Assembly: GCA_052389315.1 (NCBI GenBank) | Contig: JBQTIE010000178.1 | Span: 5,923-69,922 of the forward strand | Length of the DNA stretch: 64,000 nucleotides | Reading direction: 5' to 3' | Source: Acidobacteriota bacterium | GTDB lineage: Bacteria > Acidobacteriota > Vicinamibacteria > Vicinamibacterales > UBA2999 | In this document: piece after piece, positions 1 through 12,495 of the stretch | Numbering within the stretch: the first letter of the stretch is position 1 | Layout of the letters: every line of letters starts with the position of its first letter | Position numbers and translations under genes: made by a program | The notes under the pieces: generated by a model | What the model was told of the DNA's origin: nothing | The model's input: only the letters and a program-made list of their open reading frames with translations | Database searches by the model: none

Positions 1-2
1 TT

Positions 3-1621
<1,619 letters not shown>

Positions 1622-1622
<1 letters not shown>

Positions 1623-2455
1623 TGGACGCCGTCACTCCCGTCTCGTGCGGCCGCGTGACGATCGGGACGGGGCACCCGCTGGCGTTCATCGTCGGGCCGT
1701 GTGTGATCGAGAGCGAGCGCCACACCCAGACCGTCGCCTCGTTCGTGGCCGACCTCGCTGGCCGGCTCGACGTGCCGATCGTCTTCAAGGCGTCGTACGA
1801 CAAGGCCAACCGGACCTCGCTCTCCTCATTTCGCGGCCCCGGGCTCGAGGCTGGCCTGGCGACCCTGGCCGCTGTCAAGGCACGCACGGGCCTGCCGGTC
1901 CTGACCGACATCCACGAGCCTTCGCACGCCGCCCCCGCCGCTGCCGTCGTCGACGCGCTGCAAATCCCGGCGTTCCTCTGCCGCCAGACGGACCTGCTCG
2001 TCGCCGCGGCGCGCACGGGCAAGCCCGTCAACGTCAAGAAGGGCCAGTTCCTGGCCCCGCGGGACATGCGCCACGTCGTCACCAAGCTTGCCGGTGCCGG
2101 TGCCCGCGGCGTGCTGCTCACCGAGCGCGGCACGTCGTTTGGCTACAACAATCTCGTGGTGGACATGCGTGCGCTGCTGATCCTGCGGGAGCTCGGTCAC
2201 CCCGTGGTCTTCGACGTCACCCATAGCCTCCAGCTTCCCGGCGCCGGCGACGGCGTGACGACTGGTCTGGCCGAGTACATCGAACCCCTCGCCCGCGCCG
2301 CGGTGGCCGCGGGCGTGGACGCCGTCTTCATGGAAGTCCACGAGGACCCCCCGCACGCCAAGAGCGATGCCGCCAACGCGCTGCCGCTCGACCGCCTCGA
2401 GGCGCTGCTGCGGCGCCTGGTCGAGCTTGATAAGATCGTCAAGGCGCATGCCTGA
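1622..2455 (+). CDS. kdsA: 2-dehydro-3-deoxyphosphooctonate (KDO-8-P) aldolase
   Basis: 277 aa with FKASYDKANRTS and VFDVTHSLQLPG motifs. The ATG shares its A with the pyrG TGA (TGATG). Confidence 0.95.
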
Positions 2456-3407
2456 TCTGACGCTGGCTCGCAAGGTCCTGCAGACCGAGGCCGCCGCCGT
2501 GCTGGCCCTCGCCGACCGCCTCGACGAACACTTCGCTCGAGCCGTCAGCCTCGTCCAGCAGTGCCGAGGCCGCGTCATCCTCACGGGGATGGGCAAGTCG
2601 GGAATCGTCTGTCGCAAGATCGCGGCGACCTTTTCGAGCACGGGCACGCCGGCCTTTTTCCTGCATCCCGCCGAAGCCCTTCACGGCGACCTCGGCGTCA
2701 TCCGCGGCGAGGATGTCGTGGTCGCCCTCTCGTACAGCGGCGAAAACGACGAGCTCATCCGCATGCTCGAGGCGCTCACCAGGCTCGGGACCCCGCTCAT
2801 CGTGTTCACCGGCGAACCGGGATCGACCCTGGCACAGGCCGCGCAGGTGGCCTTGGATTGTCGCGTGTCGGAAGAAGCGTGTCCGATGAACCTCGTGCCG
2901 ACCGCCAGCACCACGGCCATGCTGGCCATGGGTGATGCCCTCGCCATGACGGTCCTGGCGGAGAAGGGGTTTCAACCGGGAGACTTCGCCATCCTCCACC
3001 CGGGTGGCAAACTCGGCCGCCGCCTGATGCGTGTCGAACAACTCATGCACCGAGGCGACCAGATTCCGCGCGTCCACAGCGACTCGGCGATGCGGGAGGT
3101 CATCTACGAGATGTCCCACAAGGGCCTGGGCATGACTTGTGTCGTGGCTCCCGACGGCGTGCTGCTGGGCATCATCACGGACGGCGACCTCCGCCGCAAG
3201 ATGGCCGGCTCGTCGAACGTCCTGGAGCTCACCGCTGGAGACGTGATGACCCCGAACCCCGTGGCGATTGCGCGGTCGGCGCTGGCCGCGCAGGCCCTCA
3301 ACATTCTCGAGCAGCGGAAGATCACCTCCATCGTCGTCATTGACGACGCGCGGCAGGTCGAAGGAGTGGTGCACCTGCACGACCTGTGGCCCACGGGACT
3401 CGTGTGA
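2448..3407 (+). CDS. kdsD: arabinose-5-phosphate isomerase (SIS + tandem CBS)
   Basis: SIS motif GMGKSGIVCRKIAATFSSTGTPAFFLHPAEALHGDLG followed by two CBS-like repeats. Start moved to ATG 2448 (MPDLTLARKVL...), because the ORF-track start 2367 lies inside kdsA. 8-nt overlap with kdsA. Confidence 0.9.
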   Translation: MPDLTLARKVLQTEAAAVLALADRLDEHFARAVSLVQQCRGRVILTGMGKSGIVCRKIAATFSSTGTPAFFLHPAEALHGDLGVIRGEDVVVALSYSGENDELIRMLEALTRLGTPLIVFTGEPGSTLAQAAQVALDCRVSEEACPMNLVPTASTTAMLAMGDALAMTVLAEKGFQPGDFAILHPGGKLGRRLMRVEQLMHRGDQIPRVHSDSAMREVIYEMSHKGLGMTCVVAPDGVLLGIITDGDLRRKMAGSSNVLELTAGDVMTPNPVAIARSALAAQALNILEQRKITSIVVIDDARQVEGVVHLHDLWPTGLV

Positions 3408-3408
3408 C

Positions 3409-4620
3409 GTGGAGTACGTTCCGTTTCTCCTCGCCCTCGTGGGCCTGCTGGTCGGGCTGGCCGTCGGAAAAGCCTGGGAGCGCTACAAGCTGCGCGACGG
3501 CAAGTGGATCGATCGGCGCCGTGCCAGGGAGTCTCACCACTACGTCCTCGGCCTCAACTTTCTGGTGGCCAACCAGCTGGACATCGCCATCGAAGAACTG
3601 AGCCAGGCCGCGCGAGTCGACGCCGACGCTCTCGAGATTCATCTGATCCTCGGCAACGTTTATCGGGAACGCGGGCAGGTCGCTCGAGCCATTCAGATCC
3701 ACCAGGCGCTCTTGCAGCGGCCGAAGCTGACGCGCACCGAGCACGCCTATGTGCTCCTGTGTCTCGGTCTCGATTTCAAGAAGGGTGGCTTCGTCGACCG
3801 CGCTCTCGAAGCGTTCACCGAAGTGCTGAGGCTCGACCCGAACAACCAATACGCGCTGCTGTACCTCCAGAAGCTGCACGAGGAACAGCACCAATGGGAC
3901 GAGGCCTTCCGGATCCGGCGCCAGTTGGTGGAGTTGAGTGGACCTGACACGCACAGCCGGAGCCAGTCGGTCCTGGCCTTCCTCGAGAACGAGCGCGGCA
4001 TCGACGCGATGAAGGCGGGGCGCCTGGATGATGCCGCGCGCCGCTTCAACGCCGCCATCGACCTCGATCCCCGCACGACGCCTGCGCACCTCAACCTCGG
4101 AGACGTGCGAATCCGACAGGGCGATCGTACGGCGGCCGTGTCGTCGTGGGAGCGCATGATCGAGGCGTCCCCCGAGCGGGCCTATCTGGCCTTCGACCGG
4201 CTCGAGCGCGCCTTGGCCGACGCCGGCGTACCGCACAAGTTCGAACAGCGGTGCCGACAGCTGATCGTCGCCCACCCCCTCGAATGGCGCGCACGGCTGG
4301 CCCTGGGCAAACATCTCGCGGGGCGCGGCGAGCTTGAGCCCGCCTTCGATCTGCTCCTCGAGGCGGTTGGATGCAATCCGCACGGCTTGACGGTCCACCA
4401 GGCGCTCTGGGATGTGATGCTGAGGGGAGGCCTCTCACGGGACCACGTGCAGCGCTATATCGCCGCCGCTCGAGATGCGGTGTTCTTTCTGGACCCGCAC
4501 GCGTGTGTGAAATGCCATTACCGGTCCACCGAGCTGCTCTGGCAGTGTCCTCACTGCCACGAATGGAACAGCTTTGTGGAGGAGCGCATCGCGCCAGCCA
4601 AGGAAACGGCTGATTCCTGA
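3409..4620 (+). CDS. lapB: lipopolysaccharide assembly protein B (TPR + rubredoxin-like zinc finger)
   Basis: N-terminal TM helix FLLALVGLLVGLAVG, then HHYVLGLNFLVANQLDIAIEEL and TPR repeats. C-terminal CVKCHYRS...WQCPHCHEW metal-binding pair. GTG 3409 sits 1 nt after the kdsD stop; ORF-track start 3268 lies inside kdsD. Confidence 0.85.
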   Translation: MEYVPFLLALVGLLVGLAVGKAWERYKLRDGKWIDRRRARESHHYVLGLNFLVANQLDIAIEELSQAARVDADALEIHLILGNVYRERGQVARAIQIHQALLQRPKLTRTEHAYVLLCLGLDFKKGGFVDRALEAFTEVLRLDPNNQYALLYLQKLHEEQHQWDEAFRIRRQLVELSGPDTHSRSQSVLAFLENERGIDAMKAGRLDDAARRFNAAIDLDPRTTPAHLNLGDVRIRQGDRTAAVSSWERMIEASPERAYLAFDRLERALADAGVPHKFEQRCRQLIVAHPLEWRARLALGKHLAGRGELEPAFDLLLEAVGCNPHGLTVHQALWDVMLRGGLSRDHVQRYIAAARDAVFFLDPHACVKCHYRSTELLWQCPHCHEWNSFVEERIAPAKETADS

Positions 4621-4648
4621 GCGGTGCGCGCGCCCAGGCACGCGCCGA

Positions 4649-5245
4649 TTACGGGTCCGACCGAAGGCGCCGCAGCAACTCTTCCACCCTCGCGTCGGTC
4701 TCGGCCCAGGACCCCTCGGTATCGATGACGTGGTCCGCGCGCTGCCGCTTTTGCTCAATCGGCAGCTGAGCGGCGATCCTCGACGTCGCTTCGGCGATGG
4801 ACAACTTGTCTCGAGCCATCAGGCGCGCGAGTTGCGTCTCGGGTGAACACGCGGCCACGATGATCGCGTCGAAGTCGGTTGCACGACCCGTCTCGAACAG
4901 GAGCGGGATGTCCGCGACGGCAAACGGAGTGGCCGCGGGCAGGCCGCGGAAGAAATGATCGATGCCTCGGCGGACCTCGGGGTGGATGAGGCTTTCGAGG
5001 TCAGCGCGGGCGGTGGCATCCGTGAACACCAGCCGTGCCAACCGGCCGCGGTCGAGGCTGCCGTCGGCAGACAGCATTTCCTCCCCGAATCGGTCGACGA
5101 TGGCTGCCAGCGCCGGCGAGCCCGGCGCGACGGCGGCACGGGCCAGCGCGTCTGCATCGACGACTGGCACGCCTTCGGCGGTAAGGCGATGGGCCACGTA
5201 GCTCTTCCCGGTGGCGATCCCGCCGGTCAGCGCGAGTCGTCGCAT
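4649..5245 (-). CDS. coaE: dephospho-CoA kinase
   Basis: MRRLALTGGIATGKS P-loop N-terminus, about 198 aa. ATG 5245 preferred; ORF-track start 5374 would run into folD. Confidence 0.9.
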   Translation of the reverse strand: MRRLALTGGIATGKSYVAHRLTAEGVPVVDADALARAAVAPGSPALAAIVDRFGEEMLSADGSLDRGRLARLVFTDATARADLESLIHPEVRRGIDHFFRGLPAATPFAVADIPLLFETGRATDFDAIIVAACSPETQLARLMARDKLSIAEATSRIAAQLPIEQKRQRADHVIDTEGSWAETDARVEELLRRLRSDP

Positions 5246-5297
5246 TCGCAGTGTCTCGGCTCGCGCTCGCCCTCGAGGAGTTCCAAGCGCCGGGCCC

Positions 5298-6248
5298 TCA
5301 TCGATCGTCGTCTGAACCTCCGCCCCTGGCCCGGAGCTCGGCGGCGGTGATCGTGTTGTGGAGCACCATCGCAATCGTGAGCGGGCCGACGCCCCCGGGC
5401 ACCGGCGTCAGCGCCGCGGCCACCTGCTCGACGTCCGGGTGAACGTCCCCCACCAACACGCTGCCCTTCTGTTCGAAGACCCGGCGCTTGGCGCTGCCTT
5501 CCGGGAACACCCGATGCACGTCGGCCGCCGACGTGAGGACGTTAATCCCGACATCAATCACCGTGGCGCCGGGCTTGACGAACTCCGGCGTGACGAAGGC
5601 TGGACGTCCGATTGCCGCGATCAGGACGTCAGCCGAGGCCGCCACCTCGGCGAGCTGGGCCGTTCGTGAGTGACAGATTGTCACCGTCGCGTCCCGGTGC
5701 AGCAGCAGCAGCGCCATCGGCTTGCCCACGATATCGCTTCGGCCGATGACGACGGCATGCTTGCCGGCCAGGGGAATGCCCTCGCGCTCGAGCAGCACGG
5801 CGCAGCCGAGTGGCGTGCACGCGACAAGCGTCGATCGCTTCTGGACGAGTCGCCCGACATTGGCGGCATGAAACCCATCCACGTCCTTGGCGGGGTCGAT
5901 CATGTCGAAGACGCGCCGCTGCGCCGCCGGTCCCATCGCGGTCGGCAGCGGCGACTGGACGAGTATGGCGTCGGTGTCGGAACTGGCGTTCAGGCGGGCA
6001 ACCGTCGCCAGAAGCTCCGCGAGCGGGGCCGACTCGTCGAGAGAAACCAGGTCAGCGCGACAGCCCGCTTCCGAGACGGCCTTGAGCTTGTTGCGAACAT
6101 ATAGCTCCGACTCGGGCCGGCGGCCGACCAGCACGACGTCCAGTCCAGGGCGACGGCCGTGCGCCGCGACAAAGGCCGCCACCCGGGGCGCCAGCTCCAT
6201 GCGAAGGCGGGCCGCCAGGGCGGCCCCGTCGAGTCGTCTCGCAGGCAC
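5298..6248 (-). CDS. folD: bifunctional methylenetetrahydrofolate dehydrogenase/cyclohydrolase
   Basis: 316 aa with VGRRPESELYVRNKLKA and GKHAVVIGRSDIVGKPMALLL (Rossmann) motifs typical of FolD. Confidence 0.95.
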   Translation of the reverse strand: MPARRLDGAALAARLRMELAPRVAAFVAAHGRRPGLDVVLVGRRPESELYVRNKLKAVSEAGCRADLVSLDESAPLAELLATVARLNASSDTDAILVQSPLPTAMGPAAQRRVFDMIDPAKDVDGFHAANVGRLVQKRSTLVACTPLGCAVLLEREGIPLAGKHAVVIGRSDIVGKPMALLLLHRDATVTICHSRTAQLAEVAASADVLIAAIGRPAFVTPEFVKPGATVIDVGINVLTSAADVHRVFPEGSAKRRVFEQKGSVLVGDVHPDVEQVAAALTPVPGGVGPLTIAMVLHNTITAAELRARGGGSDDDR

Positions 6249-6257
6249 CAGCGTCCG

Positions 6258-7997
6258 CTATTTCTCGCCAGAGACCTTCTGAAGCACTTTGCCCACGACG
6301 AAGACCACGACGCCAAGCGCGAGCACCTGGAAACCGAACCGGTCTGCCGACTCGGCGCTGACCTGCACGCCGAGCCAGGGTTCGGTGATGGCGTTGAGCT
6401 CGCTCCACTTCGCCAGCGTTTCGGTGGTCACGCCAAGCTCGGTCAGCAGGCCCAACAGGAACATGCACACCCCGTTGAACAGGCCCAGCAGGCCGAACAC
6501 GGTGACGAAGTTGGCCAGCCCCTGGAGCGGACTGCGCCGCGCACGCTCGCCGTGGTCCACGAGCGGGCTGTGGGTGCGCCCGTAGAACCAATAGATCACG
6601 AACCCGATGTTGAGCCACAAGAGGAACCGAATCCAGGTGATGACGGGCAGGCTCAGCATCAGGTAGGCGCACGACAGGATCCCCAGGATCGGAAACACGG
6701 GGCCGAGCGGCACGCGGAACGGTCGGACCGCGTCGGGGCGCTTGATACGCAGCATCAGGACCGCTGCGCACACCACGACGAAGGCGAAGAGCGTGCCGAT
6801 GCTCGTCATCTCTCCGACGACCTGAATCTGTGTCATCCCGGCGACGATCGCCACGATGACACAGGTGATGATCGTCGTGACATACGGCGTGCCGAAGCGC
6901 GGGTGGACCCTGCTGACCGCAGTCGGCAGCAAGCCGTCCCGGCTCATCGCGAAGAAGATGCGCGGCTGGGCCATCAGCATGACCAGCAGCACCGACGTGA
7001 TCCCAGCGACCGCTCCGGCGGACACGAGGTACGCCGCCCAGTCCTGACCGATCAGGCTCAGGGCATAGGCCACCGGTGCGTTGAGGAACCTGACCGACTC
7101 TTCAGGGGAGACCACGTTGAAACCGGGAAGGCCGTCGGCGTTGGTGCGGAACTCGACAACCGGCACGATTCCCGACAGGACGGCTGCAACCGCCAGGTAG
7201 AGCACCGTGCAGATCACCAGCGACGCGATGATACCAATCGGCAGGTCGCGCTTTGGATTCTTGCACTCCTCCGCGGTCGTCGAGACGGCGTCGAAGCCGA
7301 TGTAGGCGAAGAAGACCACGGCTGCCGCCGCCATGATGCCTGACCATCCGTAGGGCGCAAACGGCGACCAGTTCTCCGGCCGGACGTAGAAGGTGCCCGC
7401 GGCCAGGAAGAACACCACCGCCGCCACCTTGATGGCGACCATGATGGCGTTGACGCGCGCCGACTCACGCACGCCGATGACCAGCAGGATCATGATGACG
7501 AGCACGATGAGTGTCGCCAGCAAGTTGATCACACCCACCGGAGGGGCGGCCGACAAGGCCGTGGGCAGCTCGAGTCCCCCGCCCAGCATCAGGCGCTGCA
7601 TGTAGCCGCTCCACCCGATCGCGACGGTCATCGAGCCGACCGCGTATTCGAGGATGAGGTCCCAGCCGATCATCCACGCCACCAGCTCGCCCAGCGTCGC
7701 GTAGGCATAGGTATACGCACTGCCGGCAATCGGGATCATCGAGGCGAACTCGGCATAGCACAGCGCGGCGAAGGCGCAGGCGAGACCGGCGGCGAGGTAG
7801 GACATGGCAATCGCCGGCCCGGCCTGGTTGGCGGCCGCCGTGCCCGTCAGGACGAAGATGCCGGTCCCGATGATCGCCCCGATGCCGAGCAGCGTCAGGT
7901 CCCAGGCGCTCAGGCTGCGTTTGAGGGCCTTTCCCCCGTGCTCGGCGTCGCTGACGAGCCGTTCGATCGACTTGACCTTGAACAGATTCGAATCCAT
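6258..7997 (-). CDS. APC-superfamily amino acid permease (probable 14-TM cationic amino acid transporter type)
   Basis: 579 aa polytopic protein. N-terminal LSAWDLTLLGIGAIIGTGIFVLTG signature, with extra hydrophobic helices at the C-terminus. Strong SD (GGAGGGGG) just upstream of the ATG. Confidence 0.85.
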   Translation of the reverse strand: MDSNLFKVKSIERLVSDAEHGGKALKRSLSAWDLTLLGIGAIIGTGIFVLTGTAAANQAGPAIAMSYLAAGLACAFAALCYAEFASMIPIAGSAYTYAYATLGELVAWMIGWDLILEYAVGSMTVAIGWSGYMQRLMLGGGLELPTALSAAPPVGVINLLATLIVLVIMILLVIGVRESARVNAIMVAIKVAAVVFFLAAGTFYVRPENWSPFAPYGWSGIMAAAAVVFFAYIGFDAVSTTAEECKNPKRDLPIGIIASLVICTVLYLAVAAVLSGIVPVVEFRTNADGLPGFNVVSPEESVRFLNAPVAYALSLIGQDWAAYLVSAGAVAGITSVLLVMLMAQPRIFFAMSRDGLLPTAVSRVHPRFGTPYVTTIITCVIVAIVAGMTQIQVVGEMTSIGTLFAFVVVCAAVLMLRIKRPDAVRPFRVPLGPVFPILGILSCAYLMLSLPVITWIRFLLWLNIGFVIYWFYGRTHSPLVDHGERARRSPLQGLANFVTVFGLLGLFNGVCMFLLGLLTELGVTTETLAKWSELNAITEPWLGVQVSAESADRFGFQVLALGVVVFVVGKVLQKVSGEK

Positions 7998-8090
7998 GCC
8001 CCCTCCGGAGAACGGCTCCCTCGGCCGTCGAGGTCACCCGCCGCCGCCGATCCAGCGCTGACGTGTCCCACCAACTGGCAAGCCCGCTGA

Positions 8091-8741
8091 TTATAGAGGC
8101 AAGTCGTCCAGGACCGACAAATACTGCCGCACCCGCGCCTCGGGGTCGCCGGTCAACAGGTCCGTGATCACCGCCACAGACGCCGCGCCCGCGCCGATGA
8201 CGGCCGCCGCGGTGTCCAGCGTGATCCCTCCGATGGCGACCACCGGCAGGCCGCGCGATCTCGCGTGGGCCGCCGCCTCGGACACCAGCCGGAGCCCGAC
8301 CGGATCGTAGCCGGTGGCCTTGGTGCCGGTTGAAAACACGGGACCGACCGCAAGGTACGAGATCGGCGCGTCCAGGGCCGCGGCGATCTGCTCAGACGTG
8401 TGCGTCGACAGGCCCACGTCGAGATCGGCTCCGGTCACGCGGCGCACGTCAACGGGCGACAAATCGTCCTGCCCCACGTGCACGCCCGCCGCGCCGGCAA
8501 GGACGCCGAGATCCGCGCGGTCGTTGACGATCAGCCGACCGCCGACGACCCGCGAGTCCTCGGCCAGGGCGGTGGCCAGCGTGAGGAAGGCGCCGGAGGG
8601 GAGCTCTTTCGCCCGAAGCTGGAGCAGTCGGGCGCCGCCGGCAAGATACGCTCGTCCAAGGGCGCGCGGTTCCCAGCCCTGACGGCGGGCCACCTGCACG
8701 TCGACGACGGCGTAGAGTCGGGGGAGATTCGAGCTGGGCAT
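8091..8741 (-). CDS. thiE: thiamine-phosphate synthase
   Basis: 216 aa TIM-barrel TMP-synthase pattern: LYAVVD..., RLLQLRAKEL, IVNDRADL, HVGQDD, VVAIGGI. Confidence 0.85.
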   Translation of the reverse strand: MPSSNLPRLYAVVDVQVARRQGWEPRALGRAYLAGGARLLQLRAKELPSGAFLTLATALAEDSRVVGGRLIVNDRADLGVLAGAAGVHVGQDDLSPVDVRRVTGADLDVGLSTHTSEQIAAALDAPISYLAVGPVFSTGTKATGYDPVGLRLVSEAAAHARSRGLPVVAIGGITLDTAAAVIGAGAASVAVITDLLTGDPEARVRQYLSVLDDLPL

Positions 8742-8750
8742 GGCTCAACC

Positions 8751-8770
8751 GGCGCTGCACGCGCAGCGCC
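8751..8770 (-). other. perfect 8-bp GC stem-loop between accC stop and thiE start
   Basis: GGCGCTGC-acgc-GCAGCGCC read on the + strand. No U-tract follows on the coding strand, so function is unclear (processing site or attenuator). Confidence 0.4.
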
Positions 8771-8781
8771 GACCCGTCGCC

Positions 8782-10152
8782 TCACGCACTCTCGGCCAGG
8801 GATGACGCTTTGGACTTGACCTGGTAGCGCTCCATGAAATGCGTGCTCAGCCTGCCAGCGACAAAGTCGGGATCGCTCAGGATCTTCAGGTGAAGCGGGA
8901 TCGTGGTACGAATCCCCTCCACCACCGACATCTCGAGCGTGCGTTTCATCCGCGCGATGGCTTCTTGTCGGTCGCGGCCATGTGCAATCACCTTGGCCAC
9001 CATCGAGTCGTAGTACGGCGAGATAGTGCACTCAGAATGGGCGGCTGAATCCACCCGAATACCAGGGCCTCCTGGCAAGCTGAAGGCGTGGATCACGCCA
9101 GGTGAGGGGACGAAGGTCTCTGAATCCTCCGCGTTCACGCGGCACTCGATGGCATGGCCGCTGAAGGTCACTTCGCTTTGCTTGAACGAGAGACGCTCCC
9201 CGGCCGCGATGCGCAACTGCTCTTTGACGAGGTCGATTCCGGTCACCATTTCGGTGACGGGGTGCTCCACCTGAATGCGGGTGTTCACTTCCATGAAGAA
9301 GAAATTGCCCTTCTCGTCCACCAGGAACTCGAAGGTCCCGGCGTTGGTGTACTGGACGGCGCGAGCCGCGTCGGCGACGACGCCGCCCATCTTGCGGCGA
9401 ATCTTGTCGGTCACGGCCACCGACGGGGCCTCTTCCAGCAGCTTCTGATGCCGCCGCTGAATCGAACACTCCCGCTCGCCCAGGTGGACGACGTTGCCGT
9501 GGTGATCCCCCAGAACCTGGAACTCGATATGTCGCGGGGCTTCCAGATACTTCTCGATGTACACGTCACCGACACCGAAGGCGGCCTCGGCTTCGCGCTG
9601 GGCGGTTCGCAGTGCATGCGGCAGTTCAGCAGGGCTCGGCACGACACGCATCCCGCGGCCACCGCCGCCCGCCACCGCCTTGATGATCACGGGATAGCCG
9701 ATCTCCTTGGCCACCCGTGCCGCCTTGTCCTCGCCATCCACCGGCCCGTCGCTGCCCGGGAGCATGGGGACGCCCGCCTTCTTCATGGCACGGCGAGCCT
9801 TGGCCTTGTCGCCCAGAAGCCGGATGACGGTCGGGTCCGGCCCGATGAAGCGAATATGGCAGGCCTCGCAAACCTCCGCGAGGTAGGCACTCTCGGAAAG
9901 AAAGCCGTAGCCGGGGTGGATCGCATCGGCGCCGGTAATCTCGGCCGCGCTGATGATTGCCGGCACATTCAAGTAGCTCTCGGCACTGCGCGCGGGGCCG
10001 ATACAGATGTCCTCGTCCGCAAACCGCACGTGCAGAGAGTTTTCGTCAGCCTCGGAATAGACGGCGACGGTCTTGATGCCCAGTTCCCGGCACGCGAAGA
10101 TCACCCGCAGGGCAATCTCCCCGCGATTGGCAATCAGGATCTTCTTGAACAT
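8782..10152 (-). CDS. accC: acetyl-CoA carboxylase, biotin carboxylase subunit
   Basis: 456 aa starting [21 protein letters not shown]-grasp [10 protein letters not shown] and [14 protein letters not shown] motifs. Confidence 0.97.
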   Translation of the reverse strand: MFKKILIANRGEIALRVIFACRELGIKTVAVYSEADENSLHVRFADEDICIGPARSAESYLNVPAIISAAEITGADAIHPGYGFLSESAYLAEVCEACHIRFIGPDPTVIRLLGDKAKARRAMKKAGVPMLPGSDGPVDGEDKAARVAKEIGYPVIIKAVAGGGGRGMRVVPSPAELPHALRTAQREAEAAFGVGDVYIEKYLEAPRHIEFQVLGDHHGNVVHLGERECSIQRRHQKLLEEAPSVAVTDKIRRKMGGVVADAARAVQYTNAGTFEFLVDEKGNFFFMEVNTRIQVEHPVTEMVTGIDLVKEQLRIAAGERLSFKQSEVTFSGHAIECRVNAEDSETFVPSPGVIHAFSLPGGPGIRVDSAAHSECTISPYYDSMVAKVIAHGRDRQEAIARMKRTLEMSVVEGIRTTIPLHLKILSDPDFVAGRLSTHFMERYQVKSKASSLAESA

Positions 10153-10162
10153 CGGAACCGAC

Positions 10163-10657
10163 CTACGCCTTCAACCGGATCGCAAAGAGCCGCTCGCCGT
10201 ACTGGACGGCCTGGCCGTTTTCGACGTAGATGCTGACGACCTCGCCGTCATACTCGGAGTCGATTTCGTTCATCAGCTTCATCGCTTCGATGATGCAGAG
10301 GACGTCGCCCTTGCGGACGGCGCGACCGATGTCGGCGAGCGGTGGCGAACCTGGCTCGGCGGAACGATAGAACGTCCCGACGATTGGGGACTTGACGATC
10401 GCCAGCTCGGTGCCTTCCTCCGTGACCGCGGGAGCGGGTGACCCGGCTGGCGCCGACAGGGATGGCGCCGTACCAGGCACAGGCACCGGCGTCACCGCCG
10501 GCGCCGCCAGCACCGAGACGGCCGGCACCATGGGTACGGGCACGTGACTGCTGGCGCTCTTCACGCGCAGCTTCACGTTTTCGTAGTCGAGTTCGAACTC
10601 CGCGATCTCGTGCTCGCGGAGAAACTCCAGGAGACGCTTGATTTCGTCAAGGGTCAT
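10163..10657 (-). CDS. accB: acetyl-CoA carboxylase, biotin carboxyl carrier protein
   Basis: 164 aa with an Ala/Pro-rich linker and a biotinyl domain carrying EAMKLMNEI. Lies 10 nt upstream of accC. Confidence 0.95.
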   Translation of the reverse strand: MTLDEIKRLLEFLREHEIAEFELDYENVKLRVKSASSHVPVPMVPAVSVLAAPAVTPVPVPGTAPSLSAPAGSPAPAVTEEGTELAIVKSPIVGTFYRSAEPGSPPLADIGRAVRKGDVLCIIEAMKLMNEIDSEYDGEVVSIYVENGQAVQYGERLFAIRLKA

Positions 10658-10664
10658 GGATTCG

Positions 10665-11786
10665 TCATCGCGCGCGCGGCACGCTGGTCAGCCATTCCGC
10701 CCCGCCCTCCGTCACCAGTACGTCGTCTTCGATTCGCACGCCGCCAAACCCAGGGAGGTACACCCCCGGTTCGAGCGTCATGACCATGCCTGCTTCCAGC
10801 ACGGGCTCCGAATGGCCGACCCGCAGACGGGTCACGCGCGGCGCCTCGTGAATCTCCAGGCCCAAACCGTGGCCCGTGCCATGAGTAAAGGCTGCCCCCA
10901 GCCCGTACCCTTCGAGCACGGTCCGCGCTGCCCCATCAACGCCTTCAGGTCCGGCCCCTGGCGCCACTGCGGCAAACGCCGCGGCCTGCGCTTCAATGAC
11001 CCGGGCGATCAGCTGGCGCTCGCGGCGCCCGGCCCGGCCTGCCACCACCGTTCGACTCAGATCCGTGCAGTACCCGTCCAGGACCCCACCAAAATCAAGC
11101 ACCACCAGTTCGCCAGCCCCAATCACATTCCCGGTTGGCTGGGCATGCGGCTGCGCGGCCCGCGCGCCGGCGGCCACGATGGTATCAAAGGCCGGGCGCT
11201 CGAAGCCGGCCCGTCGCAGGCTCCCGTCGATCATCGAGGCAACCTCGAACTCGGTTTTTCCGACTAACCTCTTTGTCAATATAGAGTTAGCGACATCCGA
11301 CAACCGTGCAGCGCCTTCTCGCACCCGCCCGATTTCCCACGGGTCCTTGACGATCCTGAGCCGTTCCACGACATGTTCGAGGCCGGTCAAGCCGATGTTC
11401 GCCCCATCGGCCGCGAGCGCTGCCGTGATCCGATGGTGACGGCTGACACTCATGTGCGGCGATTCGAACGCCATCCGAAGGCCGCTCATTGGCCTGAGGG
11501 CATGGGCAATCGCATCGTCCAGGCTGAGACCGGGGTCGAGCACCTGGGCCGTTATCGCCGGCCATTCCCTGGCCCGGGCCTGCGCGGCCTCCGTGTAACG
11601 GGCGTCGCACAAGACAAGGTACCCCTCCGCGCTCCCGATGAGGGCGCCCGCCGAGGCGGAAAGGCCGGTCAGGTAGGCGAGATTGGGCAGGCTGGTCACT
11701 ACCAGCAGATCCACGTCATTCTCGGCAAGGGCGCCGCGGAGCCGGACAGCCCGAGCGGCCAGCACGTCAACAGGAGGCGGTCGCAT
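10665..11786 (-). CDS. M24-family Xaa-Pro aminopeptidase/dipeptidase
   Basis: 373 aa with a creatinase-like N-domain and a pita-bread domain carrying [13 protein letters not shown]. The ATG overlaps the upstream stop (TGATG). Confidence 0.85.
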   Translation of the reverse strand: MRPPPVDVLAARAVRLRGALAENDVDLLVVTSLPNLAYLTGLSASAGALIGSAEGYLVLCDARYTEAAQARAREWPAITAQVLDPGLSLDDAIAHALRPMSGLRMAFESPHMSVSRHHRITAALAADGANIGLTGLEHVVERLRIVKDPWEIGRVREGAARLSDVANSILTKRLVGKTEFEVASMIDGSLRRAGFERPAFDTIVAAGARAAQPHAQPTGNVIGAGELVVLDFGGVLDGYCTDLSRTVVAGRAGRRERQLIARVIEAQAAAFAAVAPGAGPEGVDGAARTVLEGYGLGAAFTHGTGHGLGLEIHEAPRVTRLRVGHSEPVLEAGMVMTLEPGVYLPGFGGVRIEDDVLVTEGGAEWLTSVPRAR

Positions 11787-12442
11787 CAGGTGGACCGGGT
11801 TGATCGCTGGCGCTCGATCGCGGCGAGCCAGCGCTCCAGGACGGCCAGCGTGCTTCGCCCGCCCGTTCGGCTCCCTCTCAACTCCCAGCTCCGGAGCGCC
11901 GACTCGAGCCTCGCCAGCCCGTCGGATTCCGAGAGTGGCGTTCCTTGTCCCATGTCATTAGGCACGTCGACTGGTCTCCAGCCGGACGTCAGCCGGTCCA
12001 TCAGTGGGGGCGGTTGGCGACCCTCGGCACCCAGCCCCGCGAGCAAGGAGTCGAGGTCCACGACCCTCACCTGGGGCCCCTGCCAGGCCTCCCCGGCGTC
12101 GCCGTCGTGGGTTCCCGGACGGCTGGCACCAAGCGCCTCCCACTCCCGGCGGGCCGAGACGTTGCTCGGGGCGCCCGCCACCACCGCGGCGAACTCAGCC
12201 TCGGCCTCCGCCCTGTGCCCTCCTCCAAGCAGCGCTCGCGCAAGGACCAGCCGCGCAGTAGAAAGGGTCGGGTGTTGCGCAAGCCCCAAACGGCAGCAGG
12301 TGATCGCTTCGTCAAATCGGGCCGCCCGCCGGTACAGCTCGGCGAGCTCCGCGAAGGCCGGGGAGCCCGGATTAGCGTCGACCAGACGCCGGAGCTCGAG
12401 GAGGCGAGCCGACTCGACCGGCACGCCGTCAGAGTACCGCAT
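11786..12442 (-). CDS. hypothetical cytoplasmic TPR-like protein
   Basis: 218 aa with no signal peptide. N-terminal TPR-like helices (FAELAELYRRAARFDEAITCCRLGLAQHP). High GC3 codon use. Stop overlaps the aminopeptidase ATG. Confidence 0.55.
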   Translation of the reverse strand: MRYSDGVPVESARLLELRRLVDANPGSPAFAELAELYRRAARFDEAITCCRLGLAQHPTLSTARLVLARALLGGGHRAEAEAEFAAVVAGAPSNVSARREWEALGASRPGTHDGDAGEAWQGPQVRVVDLDSLLAGLGAEGRQPPPLMDRLTSGWRPVDVPNDMGQGTPLSESDGLARLESALRSWELRGSRTGGRSTLAVLERWLAAIERQRSTRST

Positions 12443-12453
12443 GTTGGGGTGCA

Positions 12454-12478
12454 GGCCCCGGGCGTGCGGCCCGGGGCC
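12454..12478 (-). other. 9-bp GC stem-loop between PKD-lipoprotein stop and TPR gene start
   Basis: GGCCCCGGG-cgtgcgg-CCCGGGGCC. Not followed by a U-run on the coding strand. Confidence 0.4.
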
Positions 12479-12495
12479 AAACTGCGCGAGCGGCG